A stretch of DNA of 64,000 nucleotides from Lama glama (taxonomy: Eukaryota). The notes under the pieces are model-generated. The model saw only the letters and a program-made list of their open reading frames with translations, searched no databases and was not told the origin of the DNA. The DNA lies in NCBI GenBank assembly GCA_028534125.1, contig CM052818.1, forward strand, positions 29,142,001-29,206,000, read 5' to 3'. The translations under genes were made by a program, and so were the position numbers. Below are positions 36,413 to 50,872 of the stretch, piece by piece. The first letter of the stretch is position 1, and each line of letters opens with the position of its first letter.

Positions 36413-39049
36413 TATACTTAAATGTTTTTCCACTGCCCAAATCGCTTACATTCTTACACTTAGATTTTTTTAGGTTATGCCCTTTCTACCCTTTTGGATA
36501 CTTAGCCTATATTATATCCTTTTGAAGATAGACTTTAAACGTGTGCATATTACTCAGCCATCTCCCCCTTAAGTAATTTGGATGGTATTTGAGTCTTTTT
36601 TTTTTTTTTTAACAGAGAGGGCCATTGGGTTTACCTAAATTTTAAAATACACTCACCACAGGGTATCTAATGTTACATAATCCCCCCCCACACCTTTCTT
36701 GTTTCTCTCATTCCTCACTAATGTGATTATAATCTTTAGAAATGCTGTGTGTTTGACAGTACATTTCCACATTTGTGTACATTAATACACTGCTAGGGTT
36801 TGACTCTCTAAAGCAGGTACACATGTCAGTGTTTGAACTCATTCACCTTGGGTACTTTGGAGTCAGCTGCAAAATTATGTTGGTAGACTTTGCATAAACA
36901 TAACTATTGGCATGAGAACTTCCACAGTAAATCATTTTTAATATGTTCCCTAAGAATCTGAGGGAAAATCTTGGGGGGAAATCTATGAAAATGACCAGTA
37001 TTTGTTAAATTATGTTGTTATACTTTCCTTAAGAAGAAGAAAAGCCTACAGTTAGTTTAGTAAACACTTGAGTAACTGTTGTATTCCAGTCACTATATTG
37101 AGTGTTTGAAGCACAAAGATAAGTTAGAAAGTGCTTGCCTTGGAAAATGTCCAGTGGCAGAGCCAGAAACAGATTATTGTAGCATAATATTAAAAAAAAT
37201 TATACAGGGTACTAGGCTGGCATCGTGTTCAGTATTGCTCATATGTGAGATGGAAATTGGCAGGAGGAGAAGTTGGAAAGTTTGCAGAAGCAGGGATAAT
37301 AGGGGGCCCTACATACTTTCATAGGTAACTTGGGCCTAATTTATGTTCCTCAGTATGCCAAGGCTTGTAGTGTGATCCGTTTTGGATTCTGTATAAATCA
37401 TTGGCTAAAAATTAGAGAATAGATTTAAGGAGAGGGACAAAGATTGGAATCAGAGGCATAGAGTTTAAACTAACAAGGATAAAGAAAGGACAAATTCAGG
37501 AAATGTTTAGAAGATTAAATCACAGGACTTCATTGGTTTGAGTGAGAACAAGAACTTTAGTTTGAGTGTATGTGTGTGTGTGTGTGACTAGATGACAATA
37601 CCATTAATTGTCATCAAACATAAGAAGGGGAAAATGTATATGTAGGCAGATGGTAAATGGCAAAATTTCAATCTGAAACTCAAGAAAGTGCCTGGAGATG
37701 GAAATTTGGGAATTATCATCATCCAGTGACTTTTTTTTTTTTTTGCATTAGAACATTCGATTAGAATAATGATCCTATATTACATCACTCAAGAGGAGGG
37801 GAAAAAAGAGCATTGGACCAAGGAGGGAATCTTAGAGAATAATCATTTAGTGGGGTGATGGAGCAGGGTCCAAAGTAAGAGGAAACCAGAACAGTTGGTA
37901 TGCTCTTCTTCAAGAGCAATGTGGTACTGTTACCCGCATTTCACTCATAAGGAGAGTGAAGCCCAGGATGGTTGGGTAGATGGCCCATGTCCATGTAACT
38001 GATAAGCAGGGGAGCTAGAATCAAACCCAGGCCATCTGGCTCCAGAGCTCAGTAACCAGCAATTCCAGATGCTAGAGATTTAACAAACCAAGGCTTAAAA
38101 ATATGCATTACCCTGACCTTTTGATTCAAGAGTACTTTCAGATAAATACTAAAGCCAGTTTTCTGGAGTTTGAGGAAAGAATGAGAGGGGAGAAAATTTA
38201 GACTAGTTCTGGAAGCTTCACTGAGATGGGAAAGAGTAAAATAGCAATATAAAACTTAGTGGGGTGAAGTGTTGTATTGTGAAAGGTTACAAAAAGCCAA
38301 GGACGTTTTTAACAAAATGTAGTAGTTGAATAGCTTTAAGAACCTTAAAGTGTCAATTGCAGAATTCTTAAGGAATTCAAAGCAAACCTATCTAGCCATC
38401 ACTGTATCTGAATGCTATTTTTCATGAGGCATTTACAAGATGCTTGGGATATATCAGGTTTTCTTGGGGAAAGTTATAAAATTACCATCAAATCCTCAGA
38501 GCTGATAGGTTTACTCCCAGTTTTACATAGCTTCCAGCACTTACCAAGGTCTTAGCCAGCACCATCTCTAATGTCTCCTAAGACTTACCTGCTTCAGAAT
38601 CCTTTCTCTCTCAATAGAGACCAGTTGCATGGTGTAGAAGACCAATCACAACTCAACTACACCAATGTGAAATTACAGAGAAACTTGTTACATTCTCAAT
38701 AATCCTCAATGATCAGAAATTAATGAAAAAATTTGAATGAAACAAGTGGAAACTGAACCCTTAACCTAAAGGGATGAGTGAGGGCTTTTCTGTAATCTTA
38801 CTTACAATGATGATGACCTGTAACAGTTTAAAATTGTGTGGGGCTGTTCTCTATCAGTTAACTTCTTACTCAGTTATTAAAGTGCTTGCTATGGAAAAAT
38901 AAAAGTAACGGGAAACATGCTTCCCCTAGGAGCACTTGCCCTGTTACAACCTCGGGCAATAAAATGTGTACATGTATTAAAATTTGAAAGCTATTTTCAA
39001 GAAATACTTGCCTAACAATTCATTTAGAGCACCTAGAGGCTGGTGATGT

Positions 39050-39250
39050 GAATTCAGAACTCTGGTGCACCAGCCCTGTGACCTTGAGCAAGTTAGTTAT
39101 TTAACCTAGCTAACTCATAATCTTCCATTCTGGAAAACGAGGATAGCAAGTCCCGCCTGCATAGAATAGCTGTGTGGATTAAGTGTGATAATCTGTGTAA
39201 AGTGCCTACCACAGTGTAGGGTACATAATATGAACTCAGTGTTTACCTAT
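39050..39250 (+). mobile_element. MIR SINE
   Basis: ctgtgaccttgagcaagtta...gtgtaaagtgcct. Confidence 0.65.
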
Positions 39251-40779
39251 TATCAATACAGAAGTAATTAATACTCAGGAACATCTTAAACAGAACCTAA
39301 GGGAGAATCTCTCTCTTTCCTTCCTGGCTCAAGTTTGGAACAAATGTTTCAAAGAAGTATGTGACATTCAGTTCTCTATTCTGCAACTTCAAAATAGCCT
39401 AAAATATCCCAATTGCCTACACGTGCAGAATCTATAATGGACAGTCTGCTATGCATTCTTTTGAATTCTCATTTTTGTCTAACAGGAGACTTTCCCAATG
39501 TATTTAGTGTGTGTAGAACAGAGAAGCCTTGTAACTATTGTCAAGGACAACCAAGGGAGTGAGTTGAAGGTTAGGAGCTTGTTGCTCATCAGCTCATGTT
39601 ACATAATTCTTTTTATATCTTTTGAATGTTCCTTCTAGTTGGGCATTTTTTTCCCCATCAAAATCAAGCTAAAATAAGAAGGTAGAGTGATGCTTGTGGT
39701 TTAATGTTTTTCCAAAATAGAATAAGCAAGAATACACAGTCATTGCAAGGGATATGCTGCTTGAATGGATTGCTTTAAGCAAAGGAATAAATTTTCTATC
39801 CTAATCTTCCACCCGTACTCTTTCCTAAAACTAGCTGAGAAAGTAAGTTTTCCCCCCCCCCACACACACACATATATGTATACCCAAATGCATCCCACAT
39901 CTTCCTCTTCTGAATTGCCCTGGAATGTAAAACCCTCTAGGTACCAATCACTGAGATCATTCAAAATACTGGTTCAAGGAGGCTTCCTTTAAATATCTAT
40001 TCAAAGCATTCTAGCTCTTTAAGTCCCTTTTTACTTACTTCCCTTAAGGATCAAGTTGACCCATCTAGGGACATTCCGAGTTTAGAGCAACCAAAAGAGT
40101 ATTGGTTAATTATGTGGATTCTTTTAAATATATAACTAGACCATTTTATAACATTGAATTAAAACTCATGGGTAAAATGTTAAATGACTTCTTTTCAGAT
40201 TCAGAGGTTTTTATGCAATAAGATACGTAGAATCGATTTTATCAAATCATGTATGAGATGTTCTCATCACATTCAGTGCTCATTTCATTTTACAGAAAAA
40301 AAACATTTAAATTTGTTATTAAAAATTTTGTATGTAGACTTTAAAGTGTGCAGGTGAGCAGAAAGTCTCGGTAAATGTCTTCAAGTATGTCTAAGGAATA
40401 CTTCATTCCTAACACATTGTCCTGGACCAGAGAGAGCTCTCTCTGTATATTATACACCAGACAAGTTCCTTTTTGAAGATATAATTTCTACTATCTTTGG
40501 AGTGTATAGAACACAACTTTGAAGTTGTTTTAGCTATAGAAGAAATAAAAGTGATGGTGTGATGTACTGGGAAGAGGACTATATCAGGAGCTTAAAAAGC
40601 TAGTTCTGCTGATAACTGATTCTTCAGTTTCATTAAGTGATTATTAAAGTGTGACTATGCGTTCTTCTGTAGTCATTCTTAGGAATTTTCTGCAAGGGGG
40701 CATTTGTCACCATTGTTCACCTTGCCTCAATTAACAAGGGTCCATACCATTCTTTTAAAATTACTATTATTTAATTTTT

Positions 40780-43700
40780 GAAAAGGCAATACATGGCTCA
40801 AAATTCAAAATGTAGAAAAAAGTTATTCAAAGAAATCTCCTCACTTTTGACCATCAGTCACACAGCTTTGCTGTCACAGACATCTAATTTGTTAGGGGTG
40901 TGCCTGCATGTGCGTGTGTGTGTGTGTGCGTGTGTATGTTCATGTGTCCTTTTTCAGAGATATTTTAAGCATGTAGAGAGAATAAATATATTCATTCTTT
41001 CCCACCATTTGTACACAAACGATGGCATGCAGTCCGTACCACTTTTCACCTTGATTTTTATTTAACATTTATTTTGGAGACCTTTCTATATCAATCCACA
41101 GAGAGTTTCTTTTTTTATTTTTTTAAACATCTGAATGGTATTATATTTTATAGATATAACCATTTATTTAACCAGAGCTTTATTAATGGATACTGAATTA
41201 TTTCCAGTTGTTTCCTATCCCAAACAATACTATTATGAAAAACCACGTTCACTTTGTATTTCTCTTATGTCAAGTATATCTAGAGAGGTCACAAGCATGA
41301 GCCTGGATTCTGGAGACAATACTGCTGGGGTTTGAAGTCTGGCTGCACCACTTACTAGCTGTGTATTCTTGAGCCTGTTGCTTAACTTCTCTGTGCCTCA
41401 AGTGTCTCATTAGTAAGAACTCAGACTATTGTGAAAATTCAATAAATCTTCCTATGTAGACTACTTGGAAAGGTGCCTGACAGACAGTAAATGCTGTAAG
41501 TACTAGTTGCTGCTACTACTGCTATTATTATCATCAATATCTTTAGGATACATTTCCGGTTATGGAACTAATAAATCAAAGATAAAATACATTTATAATT
41601 TTGATGCATATTGCCAAAATGGTTTTCAATCGGGACTCCACAAATTTACATTGCCAGCAGTGATGTGTGAATAGAATGTCTATTTCCCCACATTCGTACC
41701 AAGAAAGTACTTAAAATTTTTTAATCTGATGAGTGAAAACTGTTACCACAGTGTAGTTTTAAGTTACATATCATTTTAAGTGATGGGAGGGTAACATGGT
41801 TTCATGAGTCTTTTGGATTTCCTTTGGTGTGAGATACATGTTTAATTCCTTTGCCCACTTTATGTGAAACCAGGATTTTGAATTTGTCATATGAATTTGG
41901 AGCTCTTTATATATTAAATAAATTAGCTCTGTGTTAGTGATAGGACTTTCAGATATTCTAAAATAGTCTTTATCTTTTGACCTAGCTTTTGGTGGATGAG
42001 CCAATTATAATTTTTATTTATTTATTTTTTACAGAGCTGATTTGATCAATCTTCTCTTTTTAAGGATTCTGGATACTATGCCATATTTAGAAAGGTATTC
42101 TCTATCCAATATAATAATTTAAAATAATTATACTATAGATTATAATATGGTTTGATTTTTTTTCCATTTAAATCTTTCATGCATTTGGAAATGATCATAG
42201 TGTAAGTTTTGAGCCATAAATCCAAATTTATTCTAATGTTGCTACCCAATTGCCTCAAACTATTTTATTGAGTAATATTTTTTTCTGAAAAGATATGAGA
42301 TGGCCACTTTATCATATACTTAATTACCATATTGCTTCTACTATTTCTGGACTCACTATTCTATTTCTAACCATTCATAGTCTTGTAATAAACTGTTTTA
42401 CTTTGTTTTACTATCTGACAGAGCTAATTAGTACTCACCCATTCATTACTCTTTTTCAGGTATTTCGTAGCTATTCATGTTTATTTTTCCTCCAATGAAT
42501 TTTAAAATCAATTTGCTAATGCAAAAAAAAAATTCCTCTTAGTGTTTTTTGGGATTTGCAGTAAGAAATTCAAAGATTCACTTGAAGCAAACTGAAATCT
42601 TTGTGATATTTTCTTCCTATCCAAGAACTTAGTGCCTTTCCATTCATTTCAGTCTTCTGTGTCTCTCAGGAGTATTTTAAAGTTTAGCTTGCTTGTTTCT
42701 TATTAAGTTTATTCCTTAATACCTTAACTATTTTTGTCACTCATATATGAAATCTTTTATTATATCTTCTGATTACTTTCTATATTATGACATTATTTCT
42801 GTCTATTAATTTAATACCCAACTACCTTATTAATTTTTCTTTTTGTTTGTGGTAAGTTTTCAGTTGACTCTCTTGAGTTTCTCAGTATAAAGTCATTTCA
42901 CAGTAATTATTTTGCCTACTTTAAAATATTTACACTCATTTCCTTTTTTTATCTTTTGTATTACCTAATACCTCTCAAAGGCAATGTTAGATAATAATGA
43001 TAGGCCTTCTTATTTTAGACAAGTTGTTAGTAAAAATGCTTGCAGTGTTTCCTCACTAAATATCATGCTAGTTTAGGGGTTGAAACTGATGAATTTTAAT
43101 CACATTTAGAAATTTTCACCTATTTTTATTTTTAAGAGTTTATGAATCAAAATCTGTATTGAATTTTATCAAATGTTTATTTAACATTTGTTAAGATGAT
43201 CATATAATTTTTCTCTTTAGATTTTATTAACATAGTCACATATTCATAGATAAATGAATACTGAACCAGTCTTAAATTCCTAGTATGAACCTTCATATTT
43301 TGTACTGTACTTACAATGTTTCAGATTTGCCTTGATATTCATAAATAAGATTATTCCAATTTTCTTATTTGGGGCAATTCTTATTGGGCTTTGGTGTTAA
43401 TATTATGTTTGATTTATTTAAAAGTTTTTAGAAGATTTTTTTCGTATGTTCTAGAACAATGTAAATTACACTGAAATAATCTATAATTTAAAAGCTTGAT
43501 AAAATTTCCTACTAGAACCACAAGAGTCTGATAATAATTTTGGGCAGTAGCTCTTCAGCAACCCAACTTTTTAATTCTTATGTCAGTTTTTGCAGATTGT
43601 ATTTTCCTAGAAAATTATCTATTTTAACTAGGTTTTCTTTTCTGCTTTTCCTTTTTTTTAGTCTAGATTTGAGCAAATACTCACTTGTTTTTATTCTTTC

Positions 43701-45300
43701 TTGTCTATTAATGTATTTGTGTGTTTAAGACTAACTTTTCCTCTGAATAGTGCATGTGGAACCTGTAGGTAGTATGTACAGTTTTCATGATCATTTGTTA
43801 TACATTCTTCAATTTCAATTTCCTCTTAGATTCAAGAGTTGTTTGACAGATTTGGAAGAGGAGATGGGTTTTGTTTTAATTTCTGAATTTTAGGGACTTT
43901 ATTTTTCTGATTTTGCCATTAAGTTCTAATTTTATAGTCCTATGATAAAGTTTTATCTATATTATTTCCAAATTTTAAAATTTCTTGATGTATTTCTTGT
44001 GCTGTAACATACAGTCAATTTTTGTGAATGTTTTATTGAAGAAGATACAACTCAAGATTTATTTCTGTTTTTGGAGGACAGAGTTACTATGTATATGTAT
44101 CAATTTTTAGCATCATGGTTTAGAGTACAGACTCTGGAACTAGACCAACAGGATCCAAATCCCAGATTCATTACTGGAATCTTATGCAAATTGCTTATTT
44201 TTTCTATGCCTCAGTTTCCTCATCTGTAAATGGCTATAATGATAACATCTGTCTCTTAGGGTTGATGCAGGGATTAAATGAACTAATATGTGCAAACCAT
44301 TTAGAATAGTATCTAGAATGAAATACGCACATATTAGCAGTTATAATTATTTAGATTTACCTGGTTAATTTTTTAGTTCCTCTAGAGCAGCACTATTTAA
44401 ATGAAATATAGCACAGTCACATATGCAATTTAAAGTTTTATGGTAGCTATGTTAAGAAAGTGAAAAAATGAAAAAGTCATTTTTAATGGTATGTTTTATT
44501 TAACCCATTATATCAACAATGTTATCAATATGTAATCAATATACAGAATTTTTTAATGACATATTTTTCTTTCTTTGTTGTGCACTGTCTTTGAAATCTG
44601 GCATGTTTTGTAGCTATAGCATACTTCAGTTTGGACTAACCACATTTCAAGTGCTCAATAGTCATATGTGGTCTGTGGCTATACTATACCGGATGACAAA
44701 TTCTAGCTACTTTTTTTGTGTGTACTTAGTGCTTGGTATATCATGAGCTGAGTAGGTGAAAATAAATATCTTATACCATTCATATATTTCTCTGTATTTC
44801 TTCTTGAATCGCCTGTAGTTTTTATTCTATAAATGTTGATGCTCTGTAATTTGATGCAAAAATACTCATAATTATTAAACTTTCATTGTGAATTGTATCC
44901 TTTAGTATTAAAATGGAGCTGCCTTTGTCTCTTTTGGTGCCATTTGCCTTGAATTTAATTTCATGTGGTATATTTATGACCAGTTGTTTTCTCTTTGCAT
45001 TTATATGTTGTATCTTTGCCTGTTTTTTTTTAAACATCTCAATCATTTCTGGTAAGTCTCCTTTATATATCATACAATTGGATTTTTCTTTGTTACCAGT
45101 CAGTCTGAGAATCTTTTTTAAAAATAGAGTTTAGCCCATTTATATTGATATGACATATATGTTTGAACATAGTTATGTCTTATTATTTTAGGTTCTATTT
45201 TCTACCTTTACAACTTTAAAAAGTCACAGAGGGCCTCTTTGCTTTAGTTTTTGTATTTATTCTGATATTCAGAAAGATTTAGAGTTTTATTCCAGTGTTT
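40780..45300 (-). mobile_element. Long, very old fragmented L1 (L1M/ME-like) interrupted by MIRs (~41290-41520, ~44110-44345) and a MER3/MER33-like element (~44385-44705)
   Basis: T-rich degenerate antisense L1-like sequence; ORFs 41771..42004 and 44822..45073 show ORF2-like remnants (IYKELQI..KWAKELN; ILKDTIHNESLIIMSIFASN). Confidence 0.55.
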
Positions 45301-45469
45301 ACCTTTATTTATGTAGAATTGCCTTCACCTTATATTTCTTTAGAAAGAATTACTAAGAAAAGTCATCCAAAACCTGGAAATAAGGCAACGGATGGCTGCA
45401 TGTCCTTCGGTTGTCATTCTAGAGCAGTGTCTAACAAGCCTGCTTAAGGGTTACCTGATTTTCTGGAGC

Positions 45470-45792
45470 ACTGAAGTGCAGTACTCAGCACCATCATCAC
45501 CTGAGAACTTGTTAGAAATGCAAGTTCTCAGGCTGCATCCCAGACCAACAAAATCAGAAACTCTGTGGTTGGGACCCAGCAATCTGAGCAAGACTTCCAG
45601 ATACATGGGCAAGAGCAATTTTGCTCCGTAGAGGACATTTGGGAGTGTCTGGAGGCATTTTTGGTTGTCACAACTTAAGGGAGGAGAGGGAGTGCTAGTG
45701 CCATACCTCAAATGCACGGGACAGCCCCCACCCCTTTCCAACAAAAAACTAGCTGGACCCTAATGTCAGTAGTGCAGAGGCTGAGAAACTCT
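45470..45792. mobile_element. MER5A-like fragment followed by a MER20-like element
   Basis: gaacttgttagaaatgcaagttctcagg; ggacatttgggagtgtctggaggcatttttggttgtcacaac...gctgagaaactct. Confidence 0.7.
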
Positions 45793-48700
45793 CTTCTGGG
45801 AGGATATAACTCTATTTGATATACTAAGTATTATGAGCCCAAATGCTAACTTGAAGAAAACTTGGTAAGATGCAAATGATTTTTATCTGATAGAGATGCA
45901 AATTATTTCTGTGCAGTAGAGAAGAAGATAATGAAAGAAAATTCTGGTTTAATCACCCAGTTGGATATTTTGTGTAACAAAATACCTAAAACTTAGCAGC
46001 TTAAAACAACAATAATAAACATTTATTATTATCATGGTTTCTGGGATCAGGAATTCGTTAAGCGGCTTTAATTCTTAGAGAAACAATTTTCATATGCTCT
46101 GTAAAGTTGTTTATTTTTTCAGGTGAGAGGTCTCACATTTAACTATTCTTTTTTTTCCCTCTAGTATGCCCTGGATTTTTGTTTTGTCTAAAGTATTTTA
46201 ATTTTGAGCTTTTATCCAAAATTTCCTGTAAGGAAGGAGCCAGGATTATATCCAGGCCAGGTGAAATTTGTCTTATGATCCTAGGTTTTGTATGTAAATT
46301 CAGTTGGCAAAGGCTGATTGGCTGGGATTGGCAACTGTGGGATTTTTCTTTTTTTTTCCATTACAAAGACTCTCTAAGCAGTCTGCCCTTTAGAGACAGA
46401 TTGCTTCTTGCAAATATTCCATCTCTGTGCTTCATTTCTGCTACTTCTCAGAACCAAACCAGATCTAGGAAGGTCCTGCCACCTGCTGATGCATCCCTTC
46501 CTTCTGTTTTAAGGAATAGATTGAGGATTTGCACTTCAGACTGTGTCCCTCCCACTGAGATGGGTATTTGTTGCTGTCTGCTGTTTGTTTATATTGCAGC
46601 CAATGAGTCCTCCACTCCAGCAACTTCTCTCCATGTCCCCCTCAAGCGTCTCTGATCAGTCTCTAATGCTTTGGGCTGTCTTTCCTCCGTTGGGCCTGGG
46701 ATTTCAGATCTGTTCTAGTTTCTCTGCATAATGGAACTTGTCATTCGTTTTTATTCTTGTTGTTGCTTTTTAAATGAATTCCAGTAAGAGAAGAAACAAT
46801 GATTTCTTTTTTCACAACTCTTTTTAAACTACAAACCTTCAGAAAACCTTTAAAAATGAACAATAAATGTCCATATACCCTCTACCTAAATTCAACAGTT
46901 AACATCTTGCCACATTTGCTTTATTTCTCTACACAAAAACATTCTTTTTTTTTCTACTGAACCATTTGAAAGTAAATTGCAAATATTGACACTTCCTCCC
47001 CAACTACTTCAGCAAGCATCACCTAAAAATAGACATTCTCCTACATAACTATAAAACTATGATCACACTGGAGTGAATTAACATTCACAGGTCATTTGAT
47101 GTATAGTCCATATTTATATTTCTCCAGTTGCCCCCCAAAAATGTCTGCTTTTTAGATTTTTTGGTCCAGAATCCAATCAAAGTTTATGACTCTGCATTTG
47201 GATATTTTGTTTTTTTTTTTTTAGCATGTTTCATTTGATCTATAACTGCTTCTCCCCTGCTTTTTTCTCTCTTTTTAAGACATTCATTTTTGGAATGTTC
47301 AGGTCAGCTATCTTATAGAATGCCCCATGTGATGCTTTCCTTATGCTATTATATATAAACAGAAAGTCACTTAAATTCTGAATAGATGTGAATTCCAACA
47401 TGCTTGCCATTAACATTTTAAAAAGAGAATAAATATTTTTGTTTGAGGTCTGAATACTCTCTAGACTTCAGCAAGCAAGTTTTGGATGCAGCATGGAGGA
47501 AGCTATTTCCTGATGAGCCTTAAATTCCAAGTAGTTTCCTATGGTTACCACCTTTAATAGTCATAAAATACATTCTAGTTGTCAAATAAATGGAGTACTT
47601 TTTATCTGAAAAGTTAATTTTTGTTTTCCTCTTGTCCTCCCCTGTAGTAAAATTGATTATTTCAAGATAAGCCTCTTAAGCATGTTTATGCTTTGACCTA
47701 TTTTTCTCTAGACTCATTTATATCTTACCCATTTGGTTTCTTAATCTTGCCTACCTGTTTTCAAACAGAATGAGAATAGCCAATATTAGAAAATGGAGCA
47801 GAATTGATGCTACACATACAAAGTGCCAGGAATCAGAAAAAAACCTCTATGAATATTTCTTTGTTTAATTCTTATTGAACACAAAAGTTAGTTAAATGTT
47901 AGTTTTAGAGCCTCCAAAGAATACAGCCATGTAAACATGTAGTCTGGGATCTTAAAGACAATTTGAGAGAAGGACCCTGTGTACCTGTAAAATAATATTA
48001 ACTTATAAGGTCTTTACAAAGTACTTTTACATGTATTACTAGACTTGATCTTTACAATAAGGTAGTTGAAAGTGGTAAAACCTCTCCTTTTCAAATGTGA
48101 AAACTGAGGCTCAAATAGATGTACATGACTTGCCCAGGACCTCATGACTACAGCAGAGTTGGGATTTAAATCTGGCTGCGGATTGCATGTCAAAGGTGTG
48201 CTGGGAATCTCATTTGACTGAATTTACCTTTTCAAAAATCTGTATGTTTACCTTAGGGATGCTTAAGCTTCCTGCTGTCAGTAGCGGTTTGGTGCTTCCT
48301 TCTATAGCAGTCCTGCCTTTGTTGTTAAATAGCAACCCTCTTGGACCTTTGGAAACACTCTGCTACCATGGAAATCTGGAGACAAGAGATAGCTACTCAA
48401 CTTAAAGTGTTCAGATACCATTTAGGGTCACTCTCTGGTTTAGGTACATTTCAAAAAGCATCAATCCAATTTGTACATCCTTCAATGAAGACTCAATTGC
48501 AGCATCTAGTTTTTCCTCTCCTGTTACCTAATAATATTCACTGTTAAGAGTTTGGTTTTGTTTTTGCTTTTCACATAAAAGGTAACAATGATCATCAAAC
48601 CTACAAAAGGAAGCTCTGGAGGAACCAACAACCATGATAGTTCTTTTGCTCCACCACATATTTGCCTAATTTATGTATTTTACTGATTATGGAAAATTGA

Positions 48701-48879
48701 TAGAATGGAAACATCAGAATCACCATTGTGGTTATGAGTAAAGGATACAATGAAAATTATAAAGCAGCTTCATTATGGACTTAAATTCCTCTTCAGCAAA
48801 GTAGTAACAGTAGTGTGTGTATGTGTGGGCCTGTGTATACATATAAATACATTGTTTAATACATATACAAACACATATG

Positions 48880-50863
48880 TTTTCTTTTCTTTTTTGTTTG
48901 TATTTATTTGTTTTTTACTCAAGATACAGTTAGTATCTTTGTCACAGGAAGGCTGATAATATAAAACTCTTCTTATATGTGACAACTCAAAAATAACCCA
49001 AACTAAGTGGTAAGTGAAATAACTGCTTTGAGAAAAAAAAGGCTAGTCATTCATTAACAAGTTTCTTCCAGAATTTTCTTAAAGTTAAAAAAACACACAC
49101 ACACACAAGAAAGATTTCTTGTACTTACATTGCTATTTTCTGTTTTTAATTTTGTTAACATATATCTCATTGCATTTATGAGTAGGAACAGAGAGTGTAT
49201 ATACATAGAACCAATACTGGGACGGCTGTTTGCCTTCTGAGGGGCTTGCCAATGGTAAGTAAGTTCTCTTATTATCTCGTTTCATCCCAACTCCCTCAAC
49301 TAATAACTTCATTTAATTTGCAATATGTCTGCAAACTGATCTCTAAATCTGTTTGGCACAATTAAGTCAGTTCTAGCAAATTTGGAACTGTGTTTTAAGG
49401 AAGCATCTTGCTTACTGCCCACAGGCTCTCTGCTCCTGAGAGCAGAAGACCAAGTGTTCCTCCTCTTTGTGCATCTAGCACAGGACCTGCCTGCCCAGCA
49501 CAGGTGCTCAGCAAGTGTTTGTTGAGCAGAACTGTCTTCAATTACCTAATGGAAAATGAGAAGAAAGGCATTTCTTTATTGATGTGATTGCCCCAAGTAA
49601 AAACAAAATCACTCTTAAGCTCCCAAAGGCAGACCAGTGCATCTCTGGGGACCAGTTTCTCTCTGGTCATTTGGTAGCAGGTCATTCCCCTCACCCATAG
49701 GCTCAATCCCATCTCTATTTTTGAACACTTTAAGCCAAGTTCTTTCTTTCCTCATCTTGTAAGAAACAGGCCCATGTCTAGTTATGGCAGATATTTAAAA
49801 TATTGACACTTTTTAAATGAAATGTAACACAAAAGTGGTTTGTGATGATTTGCTCTCTACAATTACTCTTTAATCACAGATGGAAAGATTTCTTAGGAAG
49901 AGCATAAGAGTTATCTTTCACAACCCAAATTTCTTTTTTTTAACAAACAAAATTCTTGAAACTATTTTGAGTTTTTAAAAATTGCTGGTTGTTGTTGTTG
50001 AACCCCCGCAAAGAAAACTGCTGGTTGTTTAGCATTTCAGTAAGTAGTCTGAGTTTGTATTTCTCCTAAATTTTATTCCCCAAAACTTGAATTGATTTTT
50101 AATTGCTATTCAGACTTCTACATAGAAAATTTAAGAAAGATGGCTAAACCTAGTCAGATAGGACAAGTATAGTTAATTTTCCCCATGACAATTATAAATA
50201 TTAGAAGAGTTTTCATGGCTGTGTCATAGCTACCCAGTGATACAGAATTGGTAAGACTTCTATGATTATAGAACTGTGACTTGTTACACATCATAACAGC
50301 AATTGTATGGTAAGAACAATGTAAACAGCTTCTCCTTGCAACAAATCATCATTAGAAGAATCCCTGCTTTCCAAGACAGGAAGAGCTTCCTTGTCCCTCA
50401 AGAAAATGGTACGTCCTGGTCCCATCCAAAAAGTACACAAAAAGATCTCTGAATTAACTCCTTGTTAAAACCCCACTCAAAGGTTTATAAAAATACTGAA
50501 ATAACATTCTCACACACAAAAAGCAAAATTTGAGTTTAGAGAATGAATATCAACTACATGCACAAAAGCTTTCATTTCACCCGTATATAAATGGCTCTAG
50601 AGGAAGATAAGAAAGAAAACTACCAACTACATAACACAGTCTTTGTGGCACCTAACGAGGGGCAAGGGAGGAGAAATAAATAGTTCATGGGGTAAATCCT
50701 CTGTCCCACAGTTTTATCAGGGAGATCCCACAGTGTCACAAGGGCAGTAAATATCCAGATATCTTTTCATATAATTTCCTGAGAGCTGGAGTGTTCTTCA
50801 GAGTTTCTCATCTTGCTCCTTCCAAATGCCAATGCAATTGCCTTCAGTATTCTCAGCCTGAAG
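48880..50863 (-). other. RASGRP3: RASGRP3 3' UTR (end approximate)
   Basis: Minus-strand AATAAA at 48903-48908 with a GU-rich tract further on; other hexamers at 49575-49580 and 50072-50077. Confidence 0.5.
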
Positions 50864-50872
50864 TCAGCCATC
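50864..50872 (-). CDS. RASGRP3: RASGRP3 terminal exon, coding part (DG*)
   Basis: Acceptor ttgcag|GAT GGC TGA gives the ...DGEDG* terminus I recall for RASGRP3. Confidence 0.85.
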   Translation of the reverse strand, partial: DG